This document shows positions 24,770 to 36,324 of a stretch of DNA of 64,000 bases, in pieces (the first letter of the stretch is position 1; each line of letters opens with the position of its first letter). Made by a program: the position numbers and the translations under genes. The notes under the pieces are model-generated. The model was given only the letters and a program-made list of their open reading frames with translations. It did no database searches and was not told the DNA's origin. Source of the DNA: Hemiscyllium ocellatum (taxonomy: Eukaryota); assembly GCF_020745735.1 (NCBI RefSeq), contig NC_083437.1, positions 9,982,001-10,046,000 on the forward strand, given 5' to 3'.

Positions 24770-25460
24770 GGAGTGGATGAGACAGTGCAGGGTGTGTGTG
24801 ACAATGGGGAGGCGGGGTGGTATGACAATGAAGAGGTGGGGTAGGGTGAGAGTGTGTGTGTGTGTGTGTGTGTGAGAAAGAGATGTTGCGGGCTGGGGGT
24901 GAGGGTTGGATGATGGAGGGGGGTGAGAGTGGGGGAGTGAGAGTGAGGGAGTGATGGCAGGCAGTTGAGAGTGGGGGCACAATGGTGGTAGGGTGAAGTT
25001 TGGGAGGTGATGTTGATGGGGGTGATGGTGAGGAAATGGGAGAGTGTGGGGTGGGGGTGAGAGTGGGAGAACTGATGGTAACGGGGTTGGGAGGTGGTGT
25101 TGATGGGGAAGCTGATGGGGAGTTGAGAGAGTAGGGATGCTGATGGGGGGGTTGGTGGGAGAGTGAGGTGTTGAGGGCAGGGGAGCAGAAAGTAGAGGGC
25201 GTTGAGAGAGTGGGGCTGTTGTTGGGGGGTGGGAGAGTGAGGGGATGAGCATGGGGGAGCTGATAGTAGGAGGGTTGAGAGAGTGGGGAATATTGTTGGG
25301 GGAGTGACAGTAGGGGCATTAGAGAGTAAGGGGGTGATGGTGAGGGGGTAAGAGAATGGAGGGTGAGAGTTGGGGAGGTGACTGTGGCAGGGTATGAGAG
25401 TTGGGATGAGGGTGGGGGTGATAGTGGGGAACTGGTAGTGTGGGGTGTATGAGAGTGGGG
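24770..25460. repeat. G/purine-rich low-complexity tract including (GT)n at about 24852-24874
   Basis: Strong strand asymmetry (GGGG/GAG/GTG) without a fixed unit. Confidence 0.9.
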
Positions 25461-25669
25461 AACATGTTCCCTCTGTGCCAATGGCTGCTTCCCAAGAGAG
25501 TAGGTGGCTGAATTATTTCCTGTGGGTGGGGTGTGGGTGATTCCAATCACCCACACTCCTGGTAAAATGCCCTGGAGGCAGGAATGTTGGAGACTCAATA
25601 TATCGCTTTCTAAATCGCCTTTAAGTCCACCTTTCCATGGCAATGTTCAGGCCATGTTGTATACATGAT

Positions 25670-25865
25670 TAACCATAAATCACAAAGGACCATAATGGCT
25701 TCTCTACATTAGAGAGAGAGGTTTGAAGGCTTGAGGGGATATCACTCTTCCAGGCAAGGTGGCAATGCCTACTTTAATGTCCCCAGCTGGTAGAGGGATT
25801 GACCCAAAGGTGCGTGTCTTCAGTTTGCATCACATTAAGGCCATGTAACCAACTGGGCAAACCAA
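25670..25865 (-). mobile_element. Diverged tRNA-derived SINE, same family as 35830-36030
   Basis: aaccaactgggcaaacca is similar to the reverse complement of tggttagctcagttgg; caggcaagg matches ccttgcctg. Confidence 0.55.
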
Positions 25866-26721
25866 ACATCCACCTGAGACGATAGGCAGGGTCTTGGTTC
25901 AATCCCTGATCTGAGCCTGGAGCTCAGTGTTGTAGCAGTCAGCTCAGCTTTGAGCCAATCTGGCTGCAAAGTGATACCGGATGATGTTTTAGTCCTTCCC
26001 TACCCAAAGCGCAGGCAGGAACCTGTGTTCATTCTTTTCCCTGTCAGCAGCAAACTCACTGTGAAGGGAAGACAGACAATTATATTGTGTCAGTCCTTTC
26101 CCCATTTCCCCTGCCCCAGTATCTCTAAAGTAGCATTAGGGTTAATGTGGTGGTATCACACCCGACCCTCGAGGCTACCTCCCCCTTCCATCACAACAGT
26201 GTCTGCGATGTGTGGCCGCAGGCCTGTGATCTCCTATCTGAAAGACGCACTGATGACAATGTGGCACTCACTCAGTACCATTCAAATCTCTGGTGTCACT
26301 CTTTGTACAAACAACCTTCCATGTAATAAATAAGGGTGCTATGACTGAACCACAGCTGACAACTAATAAGTATTTATTTATTTTTAAATAAATAAACATT
26401 TGATGATTTAGTAGATCCACTGAGTTCAAAGTAGTTTGACCTCATTGAAGTGTGATTTTCTCCTTGAGATTGTTGATGGAGCTGCTAACAATTAGCAGAG
26501 ACAGATAATTATTGGTTAAAATCTTTTTTTTAGCTTTTTGGTTAAAATCATACATCATATCAAGTAACTGTACCAGAAACTATATAAGCTCCCAGTCCTG
26601 TGCTTAAACCAATCCCTCTGTTCCTGTTTTATTGTAGAAAGGTTCTGTTTTGTTGTGTTTGTGTTTTGTTATCTCTCATTCTTTGAGTGTCCAATTACTC
26701 ATCTGTCTGTCAACAATATCC

Positions 26722-28456
26722 TGGAGTAGAGTTGTGCTGGAAAAGTACAGCAGTTCAGGCAGCATCCGAGGAGCAGGAAAATCGCGTTTCGGGCAAAAGC
26801 CCTTCATCAGGAATAGAGGCAGAGAGTCTGAAAGGCGGAGAGATAAATAAGAGGACGGTGGGGGTGGGGAGAAGGTAGCAAAAGAGTCCAATAGGTGAAT
26901 GGGGGTGGGGATGAAGGTGATAGGTCAAGGAGGAGGGTGTGGGAAGGTAGCAAAGAGTACAGTGGGTGGATTGAGGTGGGATAAAGGTCATAGGTCAGAG
27001 AGGAGGGTGGAGTGGATAGGTGGAAAAGAAGATAGGTCAGTAGGACAGGTCATGGGGACAGTGCTGAGCTGGAAGTCTGGAACTGGGCAGAGGTGGGGGA
27101 AGGGGAAATGAGGAAACTAGTGAAGTCCACATTGATGCCCTGGGGTTGAAGTGTTCTGAGGCGGATGATGAGGCGTTCTGCTTCCAGGCGTTTGTTGGTG
27201 AAGGAGCAGCGGTGAAGGAGGCCATGGACCTCCATGTCCTCGGCAGAGTGGGAGGGGGAGTTGAAATGTTGGGCCACAGGGCGGTGTGGTTGATTGGTGC
27301 GGGTGTCCCAGATATATTCCCTAAAGCGCTCTGCTAGGAGGCATCCAGCCTCCCCAATGTAGAGGAGACTGTATCGGGAGCAACGAATACAATAAATGAT
27401 ATTGGTGGATGTGCAGGTAAAGCTTTGATGGATGTGGAAGGCTCCTTTAGGGCCTTGGATAGAGGTGAGGGAGGAGGTGTGGGTGCAGGTTTTGCAATTC
27501 CTGCAGAGCCAAGGGAAGGTGCCAGGATGGGAGGGTGGGTTGTTGGGGGATGTGGACCTGACCAGGTAGACATGGAGGGAACGGTCTTTGCGGAAGGCGG
27601 AAAGAGTGGGGAAGGAAATATATCCCTGGTGGTGGGATCTTTTTGGAGGTGGCGGAAATGTTGGCAGATGATTTGGTCCCTCACCTCCATCCAAGGGCCT
27701 AAAGGAGCCTTCCACATCCATCAAAGTTTTACCTGCACATCCACCAATATCATTTATTGTATCCGTTGCTCCTGATGCGGTCTCCTCTACACTGGGGAGA
27801 CTGGACACCTCCTAGCAGAGCACTTTAGGGAACATCTCTGAGATACCCGCACTAATCAACCACACCGTCCTGTGGCCCAACATTTCAACTCCCCCTCCCA
27901 CTCAGCAAAGGACATGGAGGTCCTGGGCCTCCTTCACCGCCGCTCCCTCACCACCCGAAGCCTGGATGAAGAACACCCTCATCTTCCGCCTCAGAACACT
28001 TAAACCCCAGGGCATCAATGTGGACTTCACCAGTTTCCTCATTTCCCCTTACCCTACCTCACCCTAGTTCCAAACTTCCAGCTCAGCACTGTCCCCATGT
28101 CCTGTCCTGTCAGCTTATCTTCTTTTCCACCTATCCACTCCACTCCCCTCTCTGACCTATCACCTTCATCCCACCCCCATCCACCCATTGTACTCTTTGC
28201 TACCTTCCCCCACCCTCCTCCCTGACCTATCACCTTCATCCCCTCGCCCACTCACCTATTGTACTCTATGCTACTTTCTTCCCACCCCCACCCTCCATTT
28301 ATCTCTTCAGGCACTCTGCCTGTATTCCTGATGAAGGGCTTTTGCCCAAAACATCGATTTTCCTGCTCCTCGGATGCTGCCTGAACTGCTGTACTTTTCC
28401 AGCACCACGCTAATCCAGAATCTGGTTTCCATCATCTGCAGTCATTGTTTTTACCT
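26722..28456. mobile_element. Neptune-like PLE, inverted dimer of the 3' end (GIY-YIG + pLTR)
   Basis: Minus copy 26722-27675 encodes CRNCKTC..NIIYCIRC..LYIGEAG; plus copy 27676-28456; perfect 14-bp TSD tgtcaacaatatcc at 26708-26721 and 28457-28470. Confidence 0.95.
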
Positions 28457-28580
28457 TGTCAACAATATCCACCTGGAATCATTTAGTTCCAGAAAGGCAC
28501 TATGGTGTTCATTAGCACAGCAACCTTCCATCTTTCTCTAAGGGAATGGATTTCCTTCTTAACTCAACCCATTTGGAGAT

Positions 28581-28803
28581 TGAAATAACTGCACAGTGGC
28601 TGGTATCCTGTCACCGAGTCCCCCTTCATTTACATGTGCACAGTTTGTTGGCTGTGACCAGCCAGTACAGAGTCAGTCCCTGAAGTGAGGAGATTCTGAT
28701 TCCCCTGTTTATCTGTCAGCCAGGGCTCCCTGATTGACCCAGGTTAACAACCCAAATCAAGGATCTCATAGGCAGTAAGACCCACCTAGTTCCAGTCACT
28801 ACA
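28581..28803 (-). mobile_element. Solo LTR
   Basis: TG...CA termini (tgaaataa...tcactaca), 223 bp; flanks gagat/gagac consistent with a 5-bp TSD carrying one substitution. Confidence 0.65.
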
Positions 28804-29034
28804 GAGACATTATGGCACATCCCTGCAGCCATTACCCCTGAACTTCAAGACCCTACCTCGGTCTTTATGTACCAAGTCTGACATCTGTTCACTGCTTTTT
28901 GATTTGCCTTATCTTTTGTCCTCTTTGTAACCTTGCTTCAGCACTTGACTCTTTTTACTCGGCGTTTCTGAATTAATTTGTGTTGTACTGTAAATTTGCA
29001 AGTTGGCTTTGTTTCTGTTGAAGTACCCACTCAC

Positions 29035-29130
29035 CCTGGCAGCTGCTCACCACCACCTCCTCAAGGGCAACTAAGGATGGGCAACAAATGATTACCTTGC
29101 CAGCGACACCCACGTCTTGTTAAAAAAAAG
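29035..29130 (+). mobile_element. Shark LINE/SINE 3' tail fragment
   Basis: caccaccacctcctcaagggcaactaaggatgggcaacaaatg...ccagcgacacccac; reverse copy at about 61035-61130. Confidence 0.6.
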
Positions 29131-29570
29131 ATAAAAAGAAGCCATTTCATACTGCTTGTACAATCTGTTTTTTGTTTTCCTGTGATTGTCCTCACCAGGC
29201 AGAGATAAGACAGAGACACATTCCATGGGAATAAGAGTCATCTTTACCTCATAAAGCATTGGCAGTAACATAGTTTATACGCCTTACAATAATTCCCGAC
29301 CAGACTGCAAACCACGCCTGCCGTACCAATAGTTTCATTTATACTGCGTCTTTTACCATTCTAATTCATCCCAAGACACTTCACAACAGCATTATCAAAG
29401 AAAAAAATGACATCAAGTTACATAATATGGTCGCTGAAGAGGTGATACAAAAACTTACTCAAAGACATAGGTTTTAAGGAATTTCTTTAATGAGGAATCT
29501 GAGAAAGGGACGTAGAGATTGTTGCAACTTAGTGAGTAGGCAGCTGAAGACATGTCCACCAATCACGAAG

Positions 29571-29662
29571 TGACAATCACCTGATGAAGGAGAGTCGCTC
29601 CGAAAGCTAGTGTGCTTCCAATTAAACCTGTTGGACTATAACCTAGTGTTGTGTGATTTTTA
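29571..29662 (+). mobile_element. 92-bp PLE-derived insert, family B
   Basis: Perfect 13-bp TSD accaatcacgaag at 29558-29570 and 29663-29675. Confidence 0.9.
29578..29612 (+). ncRNA. Minimal hammerhead ribozyme motif (family B)
   Basis: cac-CTGATGA-a-ggag agtcg ctcc-GAAA-gcta-gtg. Confidence 0.8.
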
Positions 29663-30654
29663 ACCAATCACGAAGACAGTCGAGGATGTCCAAGAGAGCG
29701 AACTAGAGGAGTGCACATATTTTGGACAGATTTAGGACCGAAGGAGGTCATTTTACATAATCATAGCCAGTCAACAAAGAACAAGAAGATGGATGTCATC
29801 TTCAATGGGTTTTGGTATTCAAGAGAAATGAACTATTAATTATTGTCTATTTTCTCTTTCTTTCATAATGTAAATATGTTGAGTTGCGTGGCCAGCTGTA
29901 GTAGAGCTTAGACCACCCCATCAGGTTGGCACCCTGTCAGGCGATCAAGTAATCGTTCACTCTAGCAAATTGTTTCTGATTTGGAATATCTCCTGCACAC
30001 TTCTACATAGAAAACTATATTTTCCCAGGCAATGTATCAAAAGTGCCAATTCTCAATGTACTGAACTGACGTGTTTGGAGTTGGACTCACAATGTTTTCC
30101 CACAATGTGAAATTATTTGAATCCCCTCCCTACAATTAAATGCTACTTTTTTTTAATCTTAGATCTGAGTCCGCACGTTGGATCTGGAATAAAGGAGATA
30201 AAAGAAAATGGATCAATTTCCTCCAGGCAGCTCCTTGCATTCAGAGCACAGAAACATTGCCTGGTCCCTGATGGCAGATTGCTCTGGGTCAGATAGGAGA
30301 GTCACTTTGCATTGAACTGATCTTGAATTTCATTTGTGGTTTGATGACTGTGCTACTTGAACATCACAATATGTAAACTTCAGAAAGCTAACACAATGAT
30401 GTGCCTCTCTAACAATGCTGCCTATATCAGTGGAATGATGGCAATGACATTATTGATTCCTTAGTGCTTCTTCCATCTGCAACAAACTGTTAGAAGTTTG
30501 CTCTGGGCATTCATTTACCCAAGCAAGATTTGAATCCCAGTCTCTTGGTTCCTACCTTCCCTGGTTCAGGATTTTATGGTAAGACTGGACACCATGTGAT
30601 TCTTTTTCACTATAATTAAAAGATGGGGCATCATCAGGAGTAACATTGTTACAA

Positions 30655-31245
30655 AGTCATAAGTTATAGCACTGTACAGCATGGAAACCTTTGGTCCAAC
30701 TCATCTGTACTGACCCAGATATCCTAAATTAGTCCAGTACTATTTGCTAGCATTTGACCCAAATCCCTCTAAACCTTTCCTATTCAAATACCCACCCAAA
30801 TGTCTTTTAAATGTTGTAATTGTACCAGCCTCTACCACTTCCTCTGGCAGTTCATTCCATACACACACCACCCTCTACATGAACAAATTTCCCCTTAGGT
30901 ACCTCTTAAATCTTTCCCCTCTCACCTTGAACCTAAGCCCTCTAGATTTAGACTCCTCTACCCCGAGGAGAAAGATCTTGTCTATTTACATTATCCGTGC
31001 CCCTCATGATTTTATAAATCTCTGTAAGGTCACCCCTCAGTGTCTGAAGTACTGGTGAAAACCGTCCCAGCCTAGTCAGTCTCTCCCTCTCAGACTCTCC
31101 AACATCCTTGCAAATCTTTTTTGAACTCTTTCACACTTCACAACATCTTTCCTATAGCAGAGAGAACAGAATTGCATGCAGTATTCCTAAAGTGGCCTCA
31201 CCAATGTCCTGTACAGCTGCAACACGGTATCCCAACTCCTATATG
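30655..31245 (-). mobile_element. CR1 LINE 3' fragment
   Basis: Reverse complement of the RT C-terminus and 3' UTR (tgtacagcatggaaac...gcagtattcc..gtggcctcacc). Confidence 0.9.
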
Positions 31246-32974
31246 CTCCTTGTAATATAAAAATTGCTATTGGCAATGATTGAAAGAATGCTTGACCTTT
31301 TTATGATTGTTTTCTTGTTGACAGAAGACAATCTATTGGACCATGGGGGTTTGCTACACACAGGGAGACACAGGCTTCATGAATTTGCTCCTTGAACATT
31401 CTAGCAACTGGTGGATGTGCATCCTGCTCTTTTGCCCATTAAACTGACACTGACTTTACCCATTGTGTGCCAACTATTTCTTAGTTGAAATTGGCAGTTA
31501 GACATGGCAAATGATGGCATTGGGCATGCAGCTCACAGTGGACGTAGTCAGTTCTGAGCTCTGCCAGGATCCCCCTAGTAACCCAAGGTCCCTTTTTTTA
31601 AACCTTCCACTAACCTGACATTCCTTTTCCACATCTCCTACATCTTCCCATTATGGAGATCCACTCTGTGGAACCTTCCTGCACCATCAAACCCCAATCT
31701 TAGGCCTTAATGATGTTGACTTCTACTCCACCTCACGCCTTCTACATTCCCCTTGAGGAGACCATGGTGCTGGGTATAGCCATAACCTCCAGCAGCTTAC
31801 CATGCCCTCTGATGTTGTTCTACCTTCCCACCCCTTCCTCCACAATTACCATCCTGCTTCCCACCTTAACACATGCCTTTACTGCTACCACCATCAGGCA
31901 TTGAGTTCCGAGAGAGCAAGTGGTCTACTCCATGAGTTGGGCACCTGACCCAATGTTTCTTGTAGTAGTCTTTCACTCCTAGTTTTTGGTGCATACTGCA
32001 ATGGAGGTCTGTAGCTCCTAAGTGGTCTGCAAGTGGATTGGAGTGGTGCCATGATGGTCATAAGGTGATGGCAGCTGCCAGTATCTGTAGATGAAGGGAG
32101 CCTGTGGCAGGTGGTATGGATCATGCCCTGAGATGCTGTTTCACACTGAGCAACATGGAGACTTCTCACAGCCAATGGTGAGCTGAAGCCACCAGATAGC
32201 TGCCCTAACCTACAGCCAAGAATTCCAGGAGTCTAGTTTGCTGGCCACATTTAGTAAAATATGGAAGTACATACGAATGAGGCAAGATGTGCAGTTAATA
32301 AAGTCATTAAAAAACAATCATCTCTCTTAATTGGCAATTCATCACTGTCTAGTGAGAATCTTGCCTCAACATCTGGAGCTTCCTTCAAAGATACGGTGAG
32401 TTATTCCTGTTATCAAGATTGGTAATGCTGGAGTCCTCCAATGATTCTGCTACATTTCCCACTGTAGCCCACATTATTCAAGCCTGATAAGATTCCACCC
32501 CCACTTCCTGATGTCCTGCACTTTGTGGGCTTGTGAAATGGTTTTGCAATACTTCTATCACACTGCTTGAGTTTGGAGTCTCTGTTGAATATAATCTATG
32601 AATTTGCTCTTGGGACTCTGAGGTGGGCTGACACTGATAGTTGTCAGCAGGGCAAAGTGAAGTCTAGCTGATATTTCTTTCTACTGAAGTGCTCCGAAAA
32701 ATAGTTCACCCTCTTTTGACTCACTCTTTACTCATCTCACTATTGCTTGGTTGGAACTCGGTTGAAAACATAAAGCTGGTGACTGACTTGGTGGGAAATC
32801 AGCTGCCATTGGGATCACATGTGACATTGACTAAATATACAAATGGAAACCTCCATTCCCAGCTCACCTCTTGCCCATCGGTTAACCCAATGATGTCAAC
32901 ATTCACTCTAATACAATACACGTGTTGCCTGTTTCAATCACGTGGTCTCCTTAAGTGGTAGTCATGCCACAGTT

Positions 32975-33228
32975 GGCAGTAATTATGCCTTGGAGTCAGA
33001 AGGTCACGCATTCATGACCCATGACATGACTTGAGCAGAAATTCTCAGGCTGACACTCCCATGAAGCACTGAGGGAGTGCTGCACTGCTACAGGTTTTGT
33101 CTTCCAAATGCGGTGTTAAACCAAACCCTGGTCTCAAACTCAGGTGAGTGTGAAAGATCCACTGCCATTATCTTGAGGAAAAGCAGCGGGGAGTTAGATG
33201 GTGTCCTGGCCAGTATTTATTCCTCACC
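32975..33228 (+). mobile_element. DeuSINE (SacSINE1-like)
   Basis: ggctgacactccc...cactgagggagtgctgcactg and Deu-domain-like gttaaacc...caggtg...aaagatcc...ggtgtcctggccagtatttattcctca; probable tail at about 33390-33480. Confidence 0.75.
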
Positions 33229-33229
33229 C

Positions 33230-33335
33230 TGATGTTGCATTCCTTGCTCTGTTCTATTACCCCTAATGCACTTTGTATGGTATGATCTACCTATTCTGCA
33301 CACCAAACAAAACCTAGGTACCTGTGACAATAAGA
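33230..33335 (+). mobile_element. Rex1/Babar LINE 3' tail
   Basis: cactttgtatggtatgatct...ggtacctgtgacaataa matches 43667-43750. Confidence 0.7.
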
Positions 33336-33706
33336 AGTCTAACAGAATCAACCAAGAACACAAAGACAAGTTATCTGGACATTGACACAAAGCTAGTTCT
33401 TGCAGTTTGCTGTGTACAAATTGGCTGCAGCATTTCCTCCATTGGAACAGTGGCTGTACATCAAAGGCACTTTGCTCATGGAGAGGTTAGCAGTCGTGGT
33501 ACAATGCTTAATAAATGTAAGTCATATTTCCCCTACTTTCCGAAATCATCTTTACAAGAAGGACTGTGAAAATCTGAAAGCCTTTCCCCTAAAAGCTGTC
33601 GACCCCGGCTGTCAACAGGAAGTTTAAAAAAAAAGTGAGAATTATTTGTTGGGCGTGGGTATTACAGAATTAGAACTGACGCAGATGGATTAGCAATATC
33701 TGACCA

Positions 33707-33975
33707 AGGGGCAGCAAAGTGGCTCAGTGGATAACACTGCTGCCTCACAGCGCCAAGGACTGAATTCTGGCTGTGTGTGTGTGTGTGTGTGTGTATGTAC
33801 ATTCTCCCTATGTCTTTATGGGCTAGGTGGATTGGCCATGCTAAGTTTTCCATAGTGGCCAGGGTTGTGAAGGTTAGGTGGATTAGCCATGGAGATAGAC
33901 GGATTGGGGGGTATGCTGTTCAGAAGTTTGGTGTGGGCTCAATGGATCAAAAGGCCTGTTTCCGCACTGCAGGGT
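33707..33975 (+). mobile_element. HE1-type SINE with internal (GT)n
   Basis: gtggctcagtggataacactgctgcctcacagcgcca head. Confidence 0.85.
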
Positions 33976-34465
33976 ATACATGGTTCTAAATGTTAGAACA
34001 ACTTAGAGGGGGGCAGAATGCCTTCTTCTTGTTCCTTTCATTCTACTTTGTGTAGTCAGCATGTTTTGCTCTCAAACTGTCCAGGGTTATTTCAAATGAA
34101 TTCAGATATCTGTCACACTAGAATGCAGCTTTAATCTACAATGTGCAGATCTGACAGTCTGATTTCCGGCGGCTTATGTAAAACTGTCATGAAACGTTTG
34201 CGTAAACACAATCCATCCCTGCTTGGCTACAGAGAGCTGTTTGGGAAAATAGGACCAGCACTATGTAGGATCAGGCCTGCAGTAGATTGAGGCAGAAGCA
34301 CTCTGGTTCTCAATTTGAAAAGGTGATGCAAGGCTTTCTGTATCATTCTGAAAGACCTGCTGTTGTGGATTCCAAATGGTCTGGCTCCAGGTAAAGCAGA
34401 AAGATTAATGTGTTTAATCATGCACTTCTGTCCGCGGGACATCTACAGCCGGGATCTGGCGGGGT

Positions 34466-34620
34466 TCTGGAATAGAGTGGGGCTGGAAAAGCTCAGCAGT
34501 TCAGGCAGCATCCAAGGAGTAGGAAAATCGACGTTTTGGACAAAAGCCCTTCATCAGGAATACAGGCAGAGTGCCTGATGGGTAGAGAGATAAATGAGAG
34601 GAGGGGAGAAAGTAGCATAG
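34466..34620 (-). mobile_element. Family A PLE pLTR fragment
   Basis: ctggaaaagctcagcagttcaggcagcatcc...aaaagcccttcatcaggaata. Confidence 0.85.
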
Positions 34621-35093
34621 AGTTCCTGGGAGTTGCAGTGGGAGAGGGATCTGGCAGCCTTGACCCACAGGGCACCTTCTTGCTATATGCCTTCATTTAT
34701 TTTCTCACAGTAACGATACATTTGGTCACTCATCTTAATGATAAAAATTGTCCTTCAGTGATGCTTCATTTGTTCCTCAAAAAGGTTGCTCCTATCTATC
34801 CCGAAACACACCTGCATTGGGTGATAGCAGAGTGTTGTAAGCAACAAAGTGCTTTGCTTTGTAGTGGTGGAGGATTTTCAGAAAATCTGAATGTAACCCT
34901 TAAGTTTATAAATCCCATTTTTCAGATCTTTCTGTTTCAAACCTTTGTACTTGTTTGGGACTATTTGACTCACCTTAACTGTTTTGCTCACTGAAGGTTA
35001 TAGAGTGGATGAAGTAAAGGTGCTGTTCACTGTCAATGAACCTGGGAATACAGAGGAATTTGCCTGGTGTCAGGAGCACATGGTATCCAACAT

Positions 35094-35362
35094 GGGTGGC
35101 ACGGTGGCACAGTGGTTAGCACTGCTGCCTCGCAGCGCCAGAGACCTGGGTTCAATTCCCACCTCAGGTGACTGTGTGGAGTTTGCACATTCTCCCTGTG
35201 TCTGTGTGTGTTTCCTCCCACAGTCCAAAGATATGCAGATTAGGTGAATTGGCCATGCTAAATTGCCTGTCGTGTTAGGTGTAGGGGAATGGGTCTGGGT
35301 GGTGGGTCGTTGTGGACTTGTTGGGCCGAAGGGCCTGTTTCCACACTGTAAGTAATCTAATC
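35094..35362 (+). mobile_element. HE1-type SINE
   Basis: Head ggcacggtggcacagtggttagc, B box ggttcaattcc, tail ctgtaagtaatctaatc. Confidence 0.93.
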
Positions 35363-35829
35363 AATTATGTCAGCAGTGTGGTCATTGTTATGTAGAGAAG
35401 CGTCTTTGGAGACGCTCTTCAGGCAGAGAGGGGTCATGAAATGATTAGCTCCGTGTACCTTCAGAATCACAGGGATTTTATTTTAAGCTCTGATATCTGG
35501 TTGGCATGGATGAGTTGGACCGAAGGATATGTTTCTGTGCTGTACAACTCTATGACTCTATGATTCTGCTCTGTGGTTGAATTAATCCGAGGCCTTACTG
35601 CTCCCAATCAATACACTTTCCTCCAGTTCAATGATCTTCCAAGAGCTCTTAAGTCCCTTGAACTTGGGTCTCCTGTGCATCTTCCAATCCCACCATTTAC
35701 AGCAGAGCCAACAGTGAACTGGGCTGAGAAGTCCTGCATCCTTTCTCCATAACTGTTCCAGCTCTTTCTCTCTCGATTATTGCAAGGCCTTACTTGTCAC
35801 CCATATCTTGTATATTATGCAATTGCTAA

Positions 35830-36035
35830 GGGGGTGCTGGTTAGCTCAGTTGGCTGGGCAGCTAGTTTGTGATGTAATGTGACACCATAAGCGTGAGTTC
35901 AATTCCAGTTCTGGTTACCCTGATGAACTTTCCAACTCAACCTCTCCCTTGCCTGAGGCATAGTGACCCTCAGGTTAAACCACCATCAGTCATGGTCTCT
36001 CAAATGCTCCAGCAGGACAATAGCAATGTTACCTT
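35830..36035 (+). mobile_element. tRNA-derived SINE (non-HE1 family)
   Basis: A box tagctcagttgg, B box gagttcaattcc, body ccttgcctgagg..gtgaccctcaggttaaaccacca. Confidence 0.7.
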
Positions 36036-36324
36036 CTATTATTAAGTTGCTCTTCTGTATTTGAATGTGTTGTAAATGGATGTTGCAATAATGGGGCACA
36101 ATAACAGGAATTTGCTATTGCTTGGACACTTGCTATTCTCATTTCTAGCAATTTTAAGTTATTTTAGATGTGCCAGAACCACGCACCAACCAACTGAACT
36201 AATGTCTGCTGCCTTGAGTAGTCCATGTGTTTCATGTGGGCACTAAATGAGGCTGTAGTCTCTGTCCCACATTTGAAGTGGCTGTACCTCACATTTCGAT
36301 CACACTCCAAACCAAATGCTCCCG

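Noticed and set aside
24698-25643. 302-aa and 184-aa Pro/Ser/His-rich ORFs
   Set aside because: Artefact of the C-rich low-complexity strand lacking stop codons
30160-30300. Acceptor-like tttttttaatcttag followed by short open frames
   Set aside because: Frames stop early, no donor found, no recognisable protein
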